This document shows, piece by piece, positions 1-8,960 of a stretch of 64,000 bases of DNA. This stretch comes from Candidatus Marinacidobacterales bacterium (GTDB taxonomy: Bacteria; Acidobacteriota; Vicinamibacteria; Marinacidobacterales; DATDRI01). The notes below the pieces were generated by a model that made no database searches, was not told the DNA's origin, and saw only the letters and a list, made by a program, of their open reading frames with translations. The DNA lies in contig OZ245365.1 in assembly GCA_965226495.1 (NCBI GenBank), positions 5,120,001 through 5,184,000 of the forward strand. The letters run 5' to 3'. Positions within the stretch are counted from its first letter, which is position 1. Each line of letters opens with the position of its first letter. The position numbers and the translations under genes were made by a program.

Positions 1-242
1 AGGTATTGGACGAAAGACCCGATCAATTGGAACCGGATTCCGTCGGTGGCTCGCTTCCCAGCCTCGTGGAGATGGTTGAGCGCATCGGCGGCCCGCTGAT
101 GGAGAGAAGCAAGTGACCGGCGAGAGGACCAGACGAAGGTTGCGAGACCTCGGCGAAGCCATTCCATATTCACCGGGAAACCCTGAGGGCCGCCGAGAAC
201 TGGCCCGAGCCCCCCTATCGAGATGGAACGAGCGCTTTCCAA
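1..242 (-). CDS. Hypothetical protein, N-terminal part only (runs off the window start)
   Basis: Hand translation from TTG at 242 (LESARSISIGGLGPVLGGPQGFPVNMEWLRRG...) stays open to base 1. AAGGAG RBS lies about 8 nt upstream, with a sigma54-like element at 297-312. Confidence 0.5.
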   Translation of the reverse strand, partial: MESARSISIGGLGPVLGGPQGFPVNMEWLRRGLATFVWSSRRSLASLHQRAADALNHLHEAGKRATDGIRFQLIGSFVQY

Positions 243-296
243 AGCAAATTCTCCTTTATCAGTCAAACAGATCCCTCGAAACCCTACATCGATTGA

Positions 297-312
297 TGCA
301 ATCCGCGTACCA
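297..312 (-). promoter_or_regulatory. Putative sigma54 -24/-12 promoter
   Basis: Minus strand TGGTAC-GCGGA-TTGCA matches TGGYAC-N5-TTGCW (GG-N10-GC). Confidence 0.65.
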
Positions 313-497
313 GAGCACGCCATGCGCCTATGGCTGTAACCCGCACATTAGAAAGCGAATTTTCTCGGTTGGTGCTCGACGAATCGATGGCGTGTGTAAA
401 AATTTCGTCACCTCTTGCGCGAATCGGTACAAAGAATTGGACACTTCTCGGGCTGGCCCTCGTGGATCGTCTCCCGACTAAGTACTAGACTGACATC

Positions 498-1136
498 GTG
501 GAACGGATCCTCGCCATCCTCTTCGACTGGGACGGTACGTTGCTGGATTCTTATGCCGCCGGCTTCCGCGCGTCGATGGCGGTTTTCCGTCATTTTGAAA
601 TCCCGGTCGACCGAGAGCGATTCCTAAGCACCTACAGCCCGAATTGGTATGTCACCTATCGCCAATTGGGAGTACCCGAGGGCAGTTGGGACGAGGCCGA
701 CCGGGTTTGGCTCGACACTTACGGCAAGGAACAGCCCGAGCTCTACCCTTTCGCGCAACGAACGATCGAGACGCTGAACCGGAACGGCTATACGCTGGGA
801 ATCGTGACGAGTGGAAGCCGGGAGCGAGTCATGAGAGAGCTTGAGCACCACGGTCTAGCTGAGATCTTTTCCACGGTCGTTTGCTTCGAGGACACGAAGC
901 AAAAGAAACCGGATCCCGAACCCCTGCTGGCGGCACTGGAGCAGCTGAAACGTCAGCCTGAAGAGGCAGCCTACGTCGGGGACCGACCGGAGGATATCCT
1001 GATGGGCAAGAAAACCGGCTCCTATAGCATCGGTGTGGAAAGCCCTTTCGGCACCCGGCAGATTCTCGAGGAGGCGTCGCCCGATCTCATTCTTCCCGAT
1101 GCTGGACACCTCCCTAGCCGCTTCGGTCCGAGATGA
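498..1136 (+). CDS. HAD-superfamily hydrolase (phosphoglycolate phosphatase-like)
   Basis: Motif I FDWDGTLLDS, motif II VTSG, KPDP and YVGDRPEDI. Confidence 0.9.
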   Translation: MERILAILFDWDGTLLDSYAAGFRASMAVFRHFEIPVDRERFLSTYSPNWYVTYRQLGVPEGSWDEADRVWLDTYGKEQPELYPFAQRTIETLNRNGYTLGIVTSGSRERVMRELEHHGLAEIFSTVVCFEDTKQKKPDPEPLLAALEQLKRQPEEAAYVGDRPEDILMGKKTGSYSIGVESPFGTRQILEEASPDLILPDAGHLPSRFGPR

Positions 1137-1606
1137 CGGGGCCTGAGACACCGAGCTTCGTAGCCGACGCCATGGTCGGAAAGCTGGCGCGTTGGCTGCG
1201 CGTGCTGGGCTTGGACGTCCTCTACGATGCCTCACTCAACGACCACCAGCTCCAGGCCATCGCTCGCCGCGAGAGACGGGTGTTGCTCACCCGCGATGTA
1301 CCTTTGGCCTCGGCAAGCCATGGGCTGGAACGGCTACTTATCGCGAGCGGCGACTTCCGCGAACAGGTGGTCCAAGTAGTCGAGGCCTATCGACTCGATC
1401 CGTGGCGGGGGCTATTCAGGCGTTGCATGGATTGCAACACTCCACTCGTACCGGCGCTCCGGGAGGAGGCACAGCACCGGATCCCGCCCTATGTTTTTTC
1501 AACCACCGCCAGCTTCATGAGATGCGAACGCTGTGGCAAGATTTTGTGGGAAGGTACTCATCGCGAACATATGCGAGAAGTGCTCGAAGGATTGTTCGCG
1601 GAGTGA
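1133..1606 (+). CDS. Mut7-C RNase domain protein (DUF82-like)
   Basis: FVADAMVGKLARWLRVLG, LLTRD, CxxCN...CxxCGKILWEGTH zinc ribbon. ATGA overlap with the HAD gene. Confidence 0.88.
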   Translation: MTGPETPSFVADAMVGKLARWLRVLGLDVLYDASLNDHQLQAIARRERRVLLTRDVPLASASHGLERLLIASGDFREQVVQVVEAYRLDPWRGLFRRCMDCNTPLVPALREEAQHRIPPYVFSTTASFMRCERCGKILWEGTHREHMREVLEGLFAE

Positions 1607-1706
1607 GAGCGCTCCTTCACTCGAGCTCGTAAACCGGCCCACGCCCAGCAGAAGTCAACATGGCAAACTCTCGAACCTCCGCGAACCATCCGTTACACTG
1701 TTTAAC

Positions 1707-2864
1707 GTGAAAGTTCTCCTGCTCGCCGATGTGTCTCCGTGGAAAGTGATTGGGGGCGCGGAGCGTGTCCTGAGGGAGCACGCGACGCGTCTGGCCCGTC
1801 GAGGTCACCAGGTAGTCGTTCTCTGTCGGCAACCGGCCCCCGAAGCACCGCCGATCGTCACAATAGGCGAAGTGGAGGTCCGGCACGTTCGAGGGCAGCG
1901 ACGGTGGCCGTGGGACTGGACACTCGGCGTGGCCTGGCGTGCGAAAAATATGACGCGAGATCTGGCAGCGGACGCTCTCATCGCCTACCAACCCATTGTC
2001 AGCTGGGGAGCCAGCGGAAAAAGTCGCGTCCCCCTCATTTATTGTTTCCTGTCCCCTGCCTCCGACGAATACGCTACTCGGCATGCCCCCGGCCTCTTCC
2101 GGTGGGTCGGTTCGACTCTTCTGGGTTGGATAGAGTCTAGAGTCATTGCCCGAGCCAACGAGGTGATCGTCTTGAGTGAGTTCTCTCGTGGTGAGCTTCG
2201 GCGCCACCATGGACGAAACATCACCACGGCGCGACTAATACCGGGGGGTGTGGACACACAAGTCTTTCGCCCGGTCGAAGATCCAAGCGGTGCGCGGGAC
2301 GAGCTCGGTCTGCCTCGAGAGGGACCACTCCTAGTGACGGTACGCAACTTGGTTCCGCGAATGGGGCTCGAAGTTCTGCTGCGAGCCATGCCCGCGGTGC
2401 TCTTAGAGATCCCCGAAGCGACCCTCGCAATCGGTGGCCAGGGACCGTTACGAAAGGAGCTCGAGTATCTGGCAGAGACCTTGGGAATCCATTCACGCGT
2501 CCGTTTTCTGGGTTACGTCGAAGAAGAGCGCTTGTCTTCTCTGATGAGCGCCGCCGATCTGTTTGTCTTGCCCACCGTCCTGATGGAGGGTTTCGGTTTG
2601 GTGACGGTCGAGGCCCTCGCGTGCGGCACGCCGGTGGTGGGCACCTCGGTGGGTGCCACTCCCGAGATCTTGGCTCCACTGGACGAAAGACTTCTCATCA
2701 CCGATGTACAACCGTCCACGCTCAGCAACAAGATCATCGAGAGGCTCAAGTTCTCAGCCGAGGATCCAGATGAGAATGCTCGGTTCCGCCGCTCCTGCCG
2801 GGAGTACGCGAAGAAATACGACTGGGAGCTTGCCGTCGACGCTCTCGAGAGCTCCCTTCCCTGA
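1707..2864 (+). CDS. Glycosyltransferase family 4
   Basis: GGAERV near the N-terminus and EGFGLVTVEALACG (EX7E). Start moved from the track's 1533 to GTG 1707, where family similarity begins. Confidence 0.88.
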   Translation: MKVLLLADVSPWKVIGGAERVLREHATRLARRGHQVVVLCRQPAPEAPPIVTIGEVEVRHVRGQRRWPWDWTLGVAWRAKNMTRDLAADALIAYQPIVSWGASGKSRVPLIYCFLSPASDEYATRHAPGLFRWVGSTLLGWIESRVIARANEVIVLSEFSRGELRRHHGRNITTARLIPGGVDTQVFRPVEDPSGARDELGLPREGPLLVTVRNLVPRMGLEVLLRAMPAVLLEIPEATLAIGGQGPLRKELEYLAETLGIHSRVRFLGYVEEERLSSLMSAADLFVLPTVLMEGFGLVTVEALACGTPVVGTSVGATPEILAPLDERLLITDVQPSTLSNKIIERLKFSAEDPDENARFRRSCREYAKKYDWELAVDALESSLP

Positions 2865-2866
2865 AA

Positions 2867-3733
2867 ATGGAACTCGGCCCGTGCCCTTTCTGCGGCGAGG
2901 GAGCTTCACGACGATCGCTCCGCCTCAGAGAATTCACCCTGTGGAAGTGTGAAAGCTGTGACACGCTGCAACGAGTCGCTCGAATGAACCCCGAGGAGGC
3001 CGAACGGTTTTACCGATGCGAGTACGGTCCCCGGTTTCTCTCCGGAGCGGACGTGGCGGCCCGACGTCGCATGTTTGGTCACCTGCTTGCTGGTCTTGGC
3101 CCGCCCCATCGGCGGAGATTGCTCGACCTCGGCGCAGGAAGCGGACTCTTCGTTCGCATGGCGTTAGATTCCGGATGGCAGGCGGAGGGTACGGAGCTTT
3201 CGATCCAGAGCCGGGACTGGGCAATGGAGCACCACGGTGTCGCGCTGCGCGATCCCGTGTCCTCGCCGCCGGACGATGCCAGCTATGACGTGGTAAGCAT
3301 CATCAACGTACTGGATCAGGCACCTGATCCAGTAATGCTGCTGCGTCAGGCTCGTAAAGCGCTTCGCCCCAATGGCCTTTTGCTCGTGCGGGTCCCCAAC
3401 GGCTCCTTCCACATCTGCTGGAACCGCCTCGCCTCGCTGCCGGGGCTGAGTCGCTTCGCGCGGCTCGGCATCATACATTCGCTTGCCTTCACTCCCAAGA
3501 GCCTCCGGCACGTCCTCCACGCCGAGGGATACTTAATCCTGAGCATCCGAAATGCACGGTTTGCCGAGGGGCCACCCCCGGGCGCGTCCCCCAGTTTTCT
3601 GCTTCCAATTCTGCTCAAAGTAGCTGCCTTGTTCGCCCGAGCCCCCGTTCTCTGGGGTCCTTCTCTGGAGATTTACGCGAGTCCGGGAGGGCGCCACCTC
3701 GGACAAGTTGATCTCGCGACCTCGAAGGTGTAG
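2867..3733 (+). CDS. Class I SAM-dependent methyltransferase with N-terminal Zn-ribbon (polysaccharide-cluster type)
   Basis: CPFC...CESC, LLDLGAGSG, YDVVSIINVLDQ, LRPNGLLLVRVPN. Confidence 0.85.
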   Translation: MELGPCPFCGEGASRRSLRLREFTLWKCESCDTLQRVARMNPEEAERFYRCEYGPRFLSGADVAARRRMFGHLLAGLGPPHRRRLLDLGAGSGLFVRMALDSGWQAEGTELSIQSRDWAMEHHGVALRDPVSSPPDDASYDVVSIINVLDQAPDPVMLLRQARKALRPNGLLLVRVPNGSFHICWNRLASLPGLSRFARLGIIHSLAFTPKSLRHVLHAEGYLILSIRNARFAEGPPPGASPSFLLPILLKVAALFARAPVLWGPSLEIYASPGGRHLGQVDLATSKV

Positions 3734-3739
3734 CCTCGA
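3727..3739 (+). repeat. 13-bp direct repeat, copy 1 (GGTGTAGCCTCGA)
   Basis: Identical to 7657-7669. Both copies span a TAG stop codon. Confidence 0.7.
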
Positions 3740-3786
3740 TGAAAAGCTCATATCTCTAACTCTCTGCCTGAATTGCGCGGAAAAAT

Positions 3787-5730
3787 ATGACGAGAGAACT
3801 TTGCCGTGACTTCGTTTGTCCTCGGTGTCACGGCGAGCTCGCGCGGGCATCGGACCGCCTGCAATGCGGCAACTGCGACTCCGAGTACTCCATCACGGCA
3901 AACATTCCCTGTTTCGCGATCGGATCGAGCGCGTGGCAGTTTTCTTCCCACACGTCGCCCGAAGGCTTGTTGGCGCAAGCCAGAGAAAAGGGCTGGCGAC
4001 ACAGCATCGCCGAGATGGACGACGATCGGGCCGATTGGGTCACAGGCGAGAATCGTTTCACTCTTTCGATTCTTTCAACTCCGAAGGGACGGGTGCTCGA
4101 CTGTGGGAGCGGTTGGGGAGGTTTGACCTTTCGGCTAGCCGAAGAGTTCGACGAGGTATATGCCTTCGATTTCTCATTGGATGGTCTTCAGTTCATCCAG
4201 ATTCGGTCCGAACAAGAGGGAATCACCAACGTGAACACCACCCAGGGCAGCGTCTTATCGCTTCCGTACCCGGACGATTTCTTTGATGTCGTCGTTTTGA
4301 ACGGCGTCTTGGAATGGGTGGGCACGTTCTCAGACGAACGTCCTCCGGATCAACTGCAGGAAATCGCGCTTAGAGAAATCATGAGGGTTCTTCGGCCCCA
4401 GGGTACGCTCTTCCTGGCCATTGAGAACCGGTACGGGCTACAGTATTTCCTAGGATACAAGGAAGAGCACACCGCGCTCCGATTCATTTCGCTATTGCCC
4501 AGACCGCTCGCCAAGCTCTACCACCGGATCCGACGGGGCAAGGACTTCAGGGCTTTGACCCATTCCCGCTCCGCACTAGAAGGAATGTTAAAAAGGTGCG
4601 GCTTCGCCGAGATGACATGGCTGTTCGTACACCCCAGCTACCGGAACACCCGTCTCGCCGCGACGCTAATGGGCCCGAGTGGATTGAGATTCCTAATCGG
4701 TCATTTCCTATCCAACGCACCGCTTCTGCGAAGACGGGTACCGCGATTCCTGTTAGACGGCCTCCTTAGGGTAGATGAGTTTCTCAAATTGTGCGTCTTC
4801 TTCTCCCCGTCCTGGACTGTCTTCGCCTGTCCCACTTCCACTCCTCGGCTCGCCTTGCGGACTGGAAACGATCTCATCGAGCTGAGCGCCCCGGGAACCG
4901 ACTTGGCAGTGGTCATAAATGACCGGAGGGCCAACTTCTTTTCCGTCGAAGGAACGGGGGCCCGCCTAACCGGGAAATACTCGCTCCCCGTCACGAAAAA
5001 AGCATCGCGCAAGACGCAAATCTCGTTCGCCTTCTGGGAAACCATCACCGAGCAACGGCCGGAACTCAAAGAGAATTTCCCACGGACTTCGATCTGGAAG
5101 GGGCAGTGGGGCTATTTCGATCACACCGCTGCCGTTACGGGCTCGGTGATGAATCTGAACGACCCTGAACAGATGAAGTGTTTTCACACCCTGGTTCTTG
5201 AGTTGAATCGCTTGTCCGTTCCTCAGCCGAGGGTAGAAGCCCTCTTTGCCGACTTCGACATTCGAACGAGCCTGATGGAAAGAGCGAACAAGTTGGGCTT
5301 TGATCGAGCGTTCCGAGAATCTTTAGACAGGCCGCAATTCATTCACGGAGACCTGAACGCCGGCAACATTCTCATGTCTCTCAACGGTTCCTTGCACGCG
5401 ACACTGATCGATCTAGAACACGCCAAGATTGGACCCGCGGTCTTGAACTGGTACGACTTCCTCCTGCGAAATTTCGTTATTGCGGGAGACAGAATTCCTT
5501 TGAAGTCGCGGACCGTGATCGATCGGTTCCGGAGGCTCCCAGGAAACAAGGACAGCCAACCGCTCTTGAGCCGCCTGACGGCGCAGTTCCTGAACGAGTG
5601 TGAGGTTCCCATCGCTCGGCACCACCAGTACGTCACTTTATATATGCACTACCTCTGCCAAGATCCAGTCGTCGACAACCCGAAGAAGGCTCTCGACGCC
5701 CTGTCCGACATGAAATTTTCCCTATCTTAA
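3787..5730 (+). CDS. Trm112-like Zn finger + SAM methyltransferase + APH/choline-kinase-like phosphotransferase fusion
   Basis: CPRC...CGNC; VLDCGSGWG, FDVVVLNGVLEW, LAIENR; C-terminal HGDLNAGNIL and LIDLEHA kinase motifs. Confidence 0.8.
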   Translation: MTRELCRDFVCPRCHGELARASDRLQCGNCDSEYSITANIPCFAIGSSAWQFSSHTSPEGLLAQAREKGWRHSIAEMDDDRADWVTGENRFTLSILSTPKGRVLDCGSGWGGLTFRLAEEFDEVYAFDFSLDGLQFIQIRSEQEGITNVNTTQGSVLSLPYPDDFFDVVVLNGVLEWVGTFSDERPPDQLQEIALREIMRVLRPQGTLFLAIENRYGLQYFLGYKEEHTALRFISLLPRPLAKLYHRIRRGKDFRALTHSRSALEGMLKRCGFAEMTWLFVHPSYRNTRLAATLMGPSGLRFLIGHFLSNAPLLRRRVPRFLLDGLLRVDEFLKLCVFFSPSWTVFACPTSTPRLALRTGNDLIELSAPGTDLAVVINDRRANFFSVEGTGARLTGKYSLPVTKKASRKTQISFAFWETITEQRPELKENFPRTSIWKGQWGYFDHTAAVTGSVMNLNDPEQMKCFHTLVLELNRLSVPQPRVEALFADFDIRTSLMERANKLGFDRAFRESLDRPQFIHGDLNAGNILMSLNGSLHATLIDLEHAKIGPAVLNWYDFLLRNFVIAGDRIPLKSRTVIDRFRRLPGNKDSQPLLSRLTAQFLNECEVPIARHHQYVTLYMHYLCQDPVVDNPKKALDALSDMKFSLS

Positions 5731-5734
5731 AGTC

Positions 5735-7663
5735 ATGTGCGGCATCGCGGGAATGGTAGGGGATCCAGATCCGGGTCTCCTTGCCGATATGGCCCGCGTC
5801 ATGACGCACCGTGGCCCCGACGACGAGGGGATCTGGCATGACTCGATGGCGGGGTTAGCCTCTCGGCGGTTGAAAGTCATCGACCTTGTGGGTGGGCACC
5901 AACCGATCAGCAACGAGGACGGAAGTTGCTGGCTGGTATTCAATGGGGAGATCTACAACCACCGCGACCTGCGCCGTCAACTGGAAGGCAAAGGACACCG
6001 GTTCACGAGCCAGAGCGATAGCGAAGTCATCGTTCACCTTTACGAAGAAGAAGGCGAGTCATGCCTGGAACGCCTGGAGGGAATGTTCGCGTTGGCGATT
6101 TGGGACTGCTCCAAGCGCCAACTACTGCTCGCCCGCGATCCTATCGGCATCAAGCCGCTCTACTACCGTGTAGAGGGCAGCCGACTATGGTTTGCCTCCG
6201 AGGCCAAGGCGCTCCACCTCGATCCGAGCTATCGCAGCGACCTCGATCCGGCGGCCCTCGCCGCCTACCTTTCTCTGTTGTACATCCCGGCTCCACGAAC
6301 CGCCTTCAAAGGCATGAAGAAACTTTGTCCGGGAGAGGCACTCACGTTTCGTAACGGGAATACGCGGCTTCATCGTTACTGGCAACCACCCGTCGTCGAC
6401 CAGTGGATCAGCGATCCTCGAGACGCGGCTGCGAGAGTGATCGAGGCTTTGGAAGAGGCGGTAGCAAAGCATTTGATCAGCGATGTTCCGCTCGGAGTGT
6501 TCCTTTCGAGCGGAATCGACTCATCGAGCATCGTCGCCCTGATGCGCCGCGTCTCCTCAGGAATCATCCGTACCTTCACACTCGATTTCGAGGAAGCGAG
6601 CTTCAGTGAAGCTGATGGGGCTGGTGCGGTGGCGAGACACTTCGGTACCGAGCACCACGTGTTCACCGTGAAGCCGGAGATAGCCACAGTCCTGCCGAAG
6701 TTGGCTTGGCATCTCGATGAACCGCTCGCCGACTCCTCTCTCATCATCACCCATCTTATTTCGAACTTGGCCCGGGAGCAGGTCACCGTCGCGCTTTCCG
6801 GGATCGGGGGCGACGAGCTTTTCATCGGTTACCCTCGCTATCTGGGCATGAGGCTCGGCGCTACCTATGATCGAATTGCCCCCCGCGCCCTCCGCCGCGG
6901 GTTAGGCAAACTCTCCGCCGGCCTGCCGGATTCAACTCGCAGCGACAACCCCACCGGTCGATTACGTCGCTTCTTGGCCAGTGGTCCCCTCGAACCGGAG
7001 GAGCGGTATCTCGATTGGATCTCCTTCCTCAGCGCGAGTGAGCTCCGTGAGCTCGTGCCCGATCTGCCGGGCGGCATCGATCCTTTGGCGAGTCATCGAG
7101 AAAACCTGGCCGCCAACCTCTCCCGCGGCCGTTCGGGACCGGAAGCCGTGGCCGCCGCTAGCCTCCTCGATTTGGCCACTTATCTTCCCGACGATCTACT
7201 GATGCTCGGTGACAAGATGTCGATGGCATCTTCGCTGGAGCTGAGAGTGCCGTTTTGCGATCGACGTCTGGTCGAGACGGTCCTCTCCATCGATCCACAA
7301 CTCCGAAGCAGCCCGGTTCGATTGAAGCCACTCTTGAAGCGCGTCATGCGATCGGTCCTGCCCTCGGAGTTCTTGACACAGCCCAAACGTGGGTTTTCTG
7401 TTCCGCTCGGAAGCTGGCTTCGAGGTCCTCTGGCAGAGCTCACCGCGGACATGCTTTCCGAGAGCCGTTTGCGTCGTCGCGGTCTTCTCGATCCTAAGCC
7501 GGTCGCGTCTTTGTTAGCCGAGCACCGCACCGGAGAGAGAGACCATGCCGATCGGCTCTTCGCGTTCCTCATGCTCGAGCTTTGGATGGAGGCCTATCAA
7601 TCAAATCCTCGGGTGCAGGGGAAAGAATCTCCGTCGTTTGACGACCTTTCTGCAAGGGTGTAG
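5735..7663 (+). CDS. asnB: Asparagine synthase (glutamine-hydrolysing) family amidotransferase, probably glycan amidation
   Basis: MCGIAG N-terminal nucleophile, HRGPDDEG, FNGEIYN, LSSGIDSS, SGIGGDELF, KRGF. Confidence 0.93.
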   Translation: MCGIAGMVGDPDPGLLADMARVMTHRGPDDEGIWHDSMAGLASRRLKVIDLVGGHQPISNEDGSCWLVFNGEIYNHRDLRRQLEGKGHRFTSQSDSEVIVHLYEEEGESCLERLEGMFALAIWDCSKRQLLLARDPIGIKPLYYRVEGSRLWFASEAKALHLDPSYRSDLDPAALAAYLSLLYIPAPRTAFKGMKKLCPGEALTFRNGNTRLHRYWQPPVVDQWISDPRDAAARVIEALEEAVAKHLISDVPLGVFLSSGIDSSSIVALMRRVSSGIIRTFTLDFEEASFSEADGAGAVARHFGTEHHVFTVKPEIATVLPKLAWHLDEPLADSSLIITHLISNLAREQVTVALSGIGGDELFIGYPRYLGMRLGATYDRIAPRALRRGLGKLSAGLPDSTRSDNPTGRLRRFLASGPLEPEERYLDWISFLSASELRELVPDLPGGIDPLASHRENLAANLSRGRSGPEAVAAASLLDLATYLPDDLLMLGDKMSMASSLELRVPFCDRRLVETVLSIDPQLRSSPVRLKPLLKRVMRSVLPSEFLTQPKRGFSVPLGSWLRGPLAELTADMLSESRLRRRGLLDPKPVASLLAEHRTGERDHADRLFAFLMLELWMEAYQSNPRVQGKESPSFDDLSARV

Positions 7664-7669
7664 CCTCGA
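7657..7669 (+). repeat. 13-bp direct repeat, copy 2 (GGTGTAGCCTCGA)
   Basis: Identical to 3727-3739. Confidence 0.7.
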
Positions 7670-7724
7670 AGGGAAGACCCCAAAGAATTTATCGACTCCA
7701 TTCACGCCATCGAGTCAAGACGGC

Positions 7725-8927
7725 ATGACACTCTTGCATCTGATTACGCGGCTGACCCTCGGTGGTTCGGCTCGTAATACTATTGACTCTACTGCCGCTT
7801 CGGTTCGTGCGGGGTACGACACGATCCTGGCTACCGGCCCCAGCGGTGACGAAGTAAACATCTCTCACTTGGCAGAAGAGACCGGATGCCGGCTCGAGGT
7901 CATCGATTCGCTTCGGCGCGAGATCTCGCCGATGCATGATACTCGAGCGCTATGGGAGACCGTCCGACTCATTCGAGCGAATAAGGTCGCGATCGTACAC
8001 ACCCACACCTCCAAGGCCGGTTTCATTGGCCGGCTAGCCGCGCGGATGGCTGGCGTTCCAGCCATTATTCACACGCCGCACGGACATATCTTCTACGGTT
8101 ACTTTGGGCGAGCACGGACCGCGCTTTTCGTCGCCCTCGAACGATGGGCGGCGACGTTCTCCGATCGCCTGATCACCCTCACTGAGCAAGGAGTTTACGA
8201 GCACCTCGCTCAAGGCATCGGCAAGAGGGAGCAATACGCAGCGATACCCAGCGGAGTCGACACCGAGGCGCTGCGAAGACGAGCACCCGATCGTCAGACC
8301 GCGCGAGAGCGACTGGGATACTTGCCCGAGGAACGAATCGTCGTCGGTGTCGGGCGGCTCGTGCCGATCAAAGGTTTCGACATCGCCGTCCGGGCCCTCC
8401 CGGGATTGCTCGCTCGAGTTCCCACCGCCCAGCTGATATTGGTCGGTGATGGGCCCGAGCGTGCCCGTCTCGAAGAGCTCGCGGTCGCGCTTCGAGTACG
8501 CCATAGGCTAACCATTACGGGAGTCGACGACGACGTCCCTGCGGTTTTGGCGGCTGCCGACATTCTCGTGGCCCCGTCGCGCAACGAAGGAATGGGACGA
8601 GTCCTGGTCGAGGCGATGACGCTCGGAGTGCCGGTGGTCGCGGCCAAGGTCGGGGGCGTGGCGAGTGTCATAGAACCCGGCCGTTCGGGAGAGTTAGTAG
8701 CTCCGGACGACCACGCCGCACTGGCTAGCGCCATCATCTTGCTCCTCAATGACCAGCGCCGCATGGAAGCCTACCGTACAGCCGGCCCCGCCCGTGCAGA
8801 GCAATTCTCCCTTCCGGTCATGGAGCGGAACCTTCTTGCTCTCTACCGACAAGTCGCGTTGGAAAAGGGCTTGTCATTCGAAGCCTACGTTGGCGCGCCA
8901 TCGCCCGTTTTGACGACGCGTCGCTGA
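7725..8927 (+). CDS. Glycosyltransferase family 4
   Basis: LHLITRLTLGGS, HTHTSKAG, HTPHG, EGMGRVLVEAM. Start moved to ATG 7725. Confidence 0.9.
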   Translation: MTLLHLITRLTLGGSARNTIDSTAASVRAGYDTILATGPSGDEVNISHLAEETGCRLEVIDSLRREISPMHDTRALWETVRLIRANKVAIVHTHTSKAGFIGRLAARMAGVPAIIHTPHGHIFYGYFGRARTALFVALERWAATFSDRLITLTEQGVYEHLAQGIGKREQYAAIPSGVDTEALRRRAPDRQTARERLGYLPEERIVVGVGRLVPIKGFDIAVRALPGLLARVPTAQLILVGDGPERARLEELAVALRVRHRLTITGVDDDVPAVLAAADILVAPSRNEGMGRVLVEAMTLGVPVVAAKVGGVASVIEPGRSGELVAPDDHAALASAIILLLNDQRRMEAYRTAGPARAEQFSLPVMERNLLALYRQVALEKGLSFEAYVGAPSPVLTTRR

Positions 8928-8960
8928 AAACGTCCGAGCGCCCCGTCTGCTCGTCACACG

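Noticed and set aside
113-481. 122-aa plus-strand ORF at the window start
   Set aside because: No RBS or motifs. It covers the promoter region and conflicts with the better-supported minus-strand ORF.
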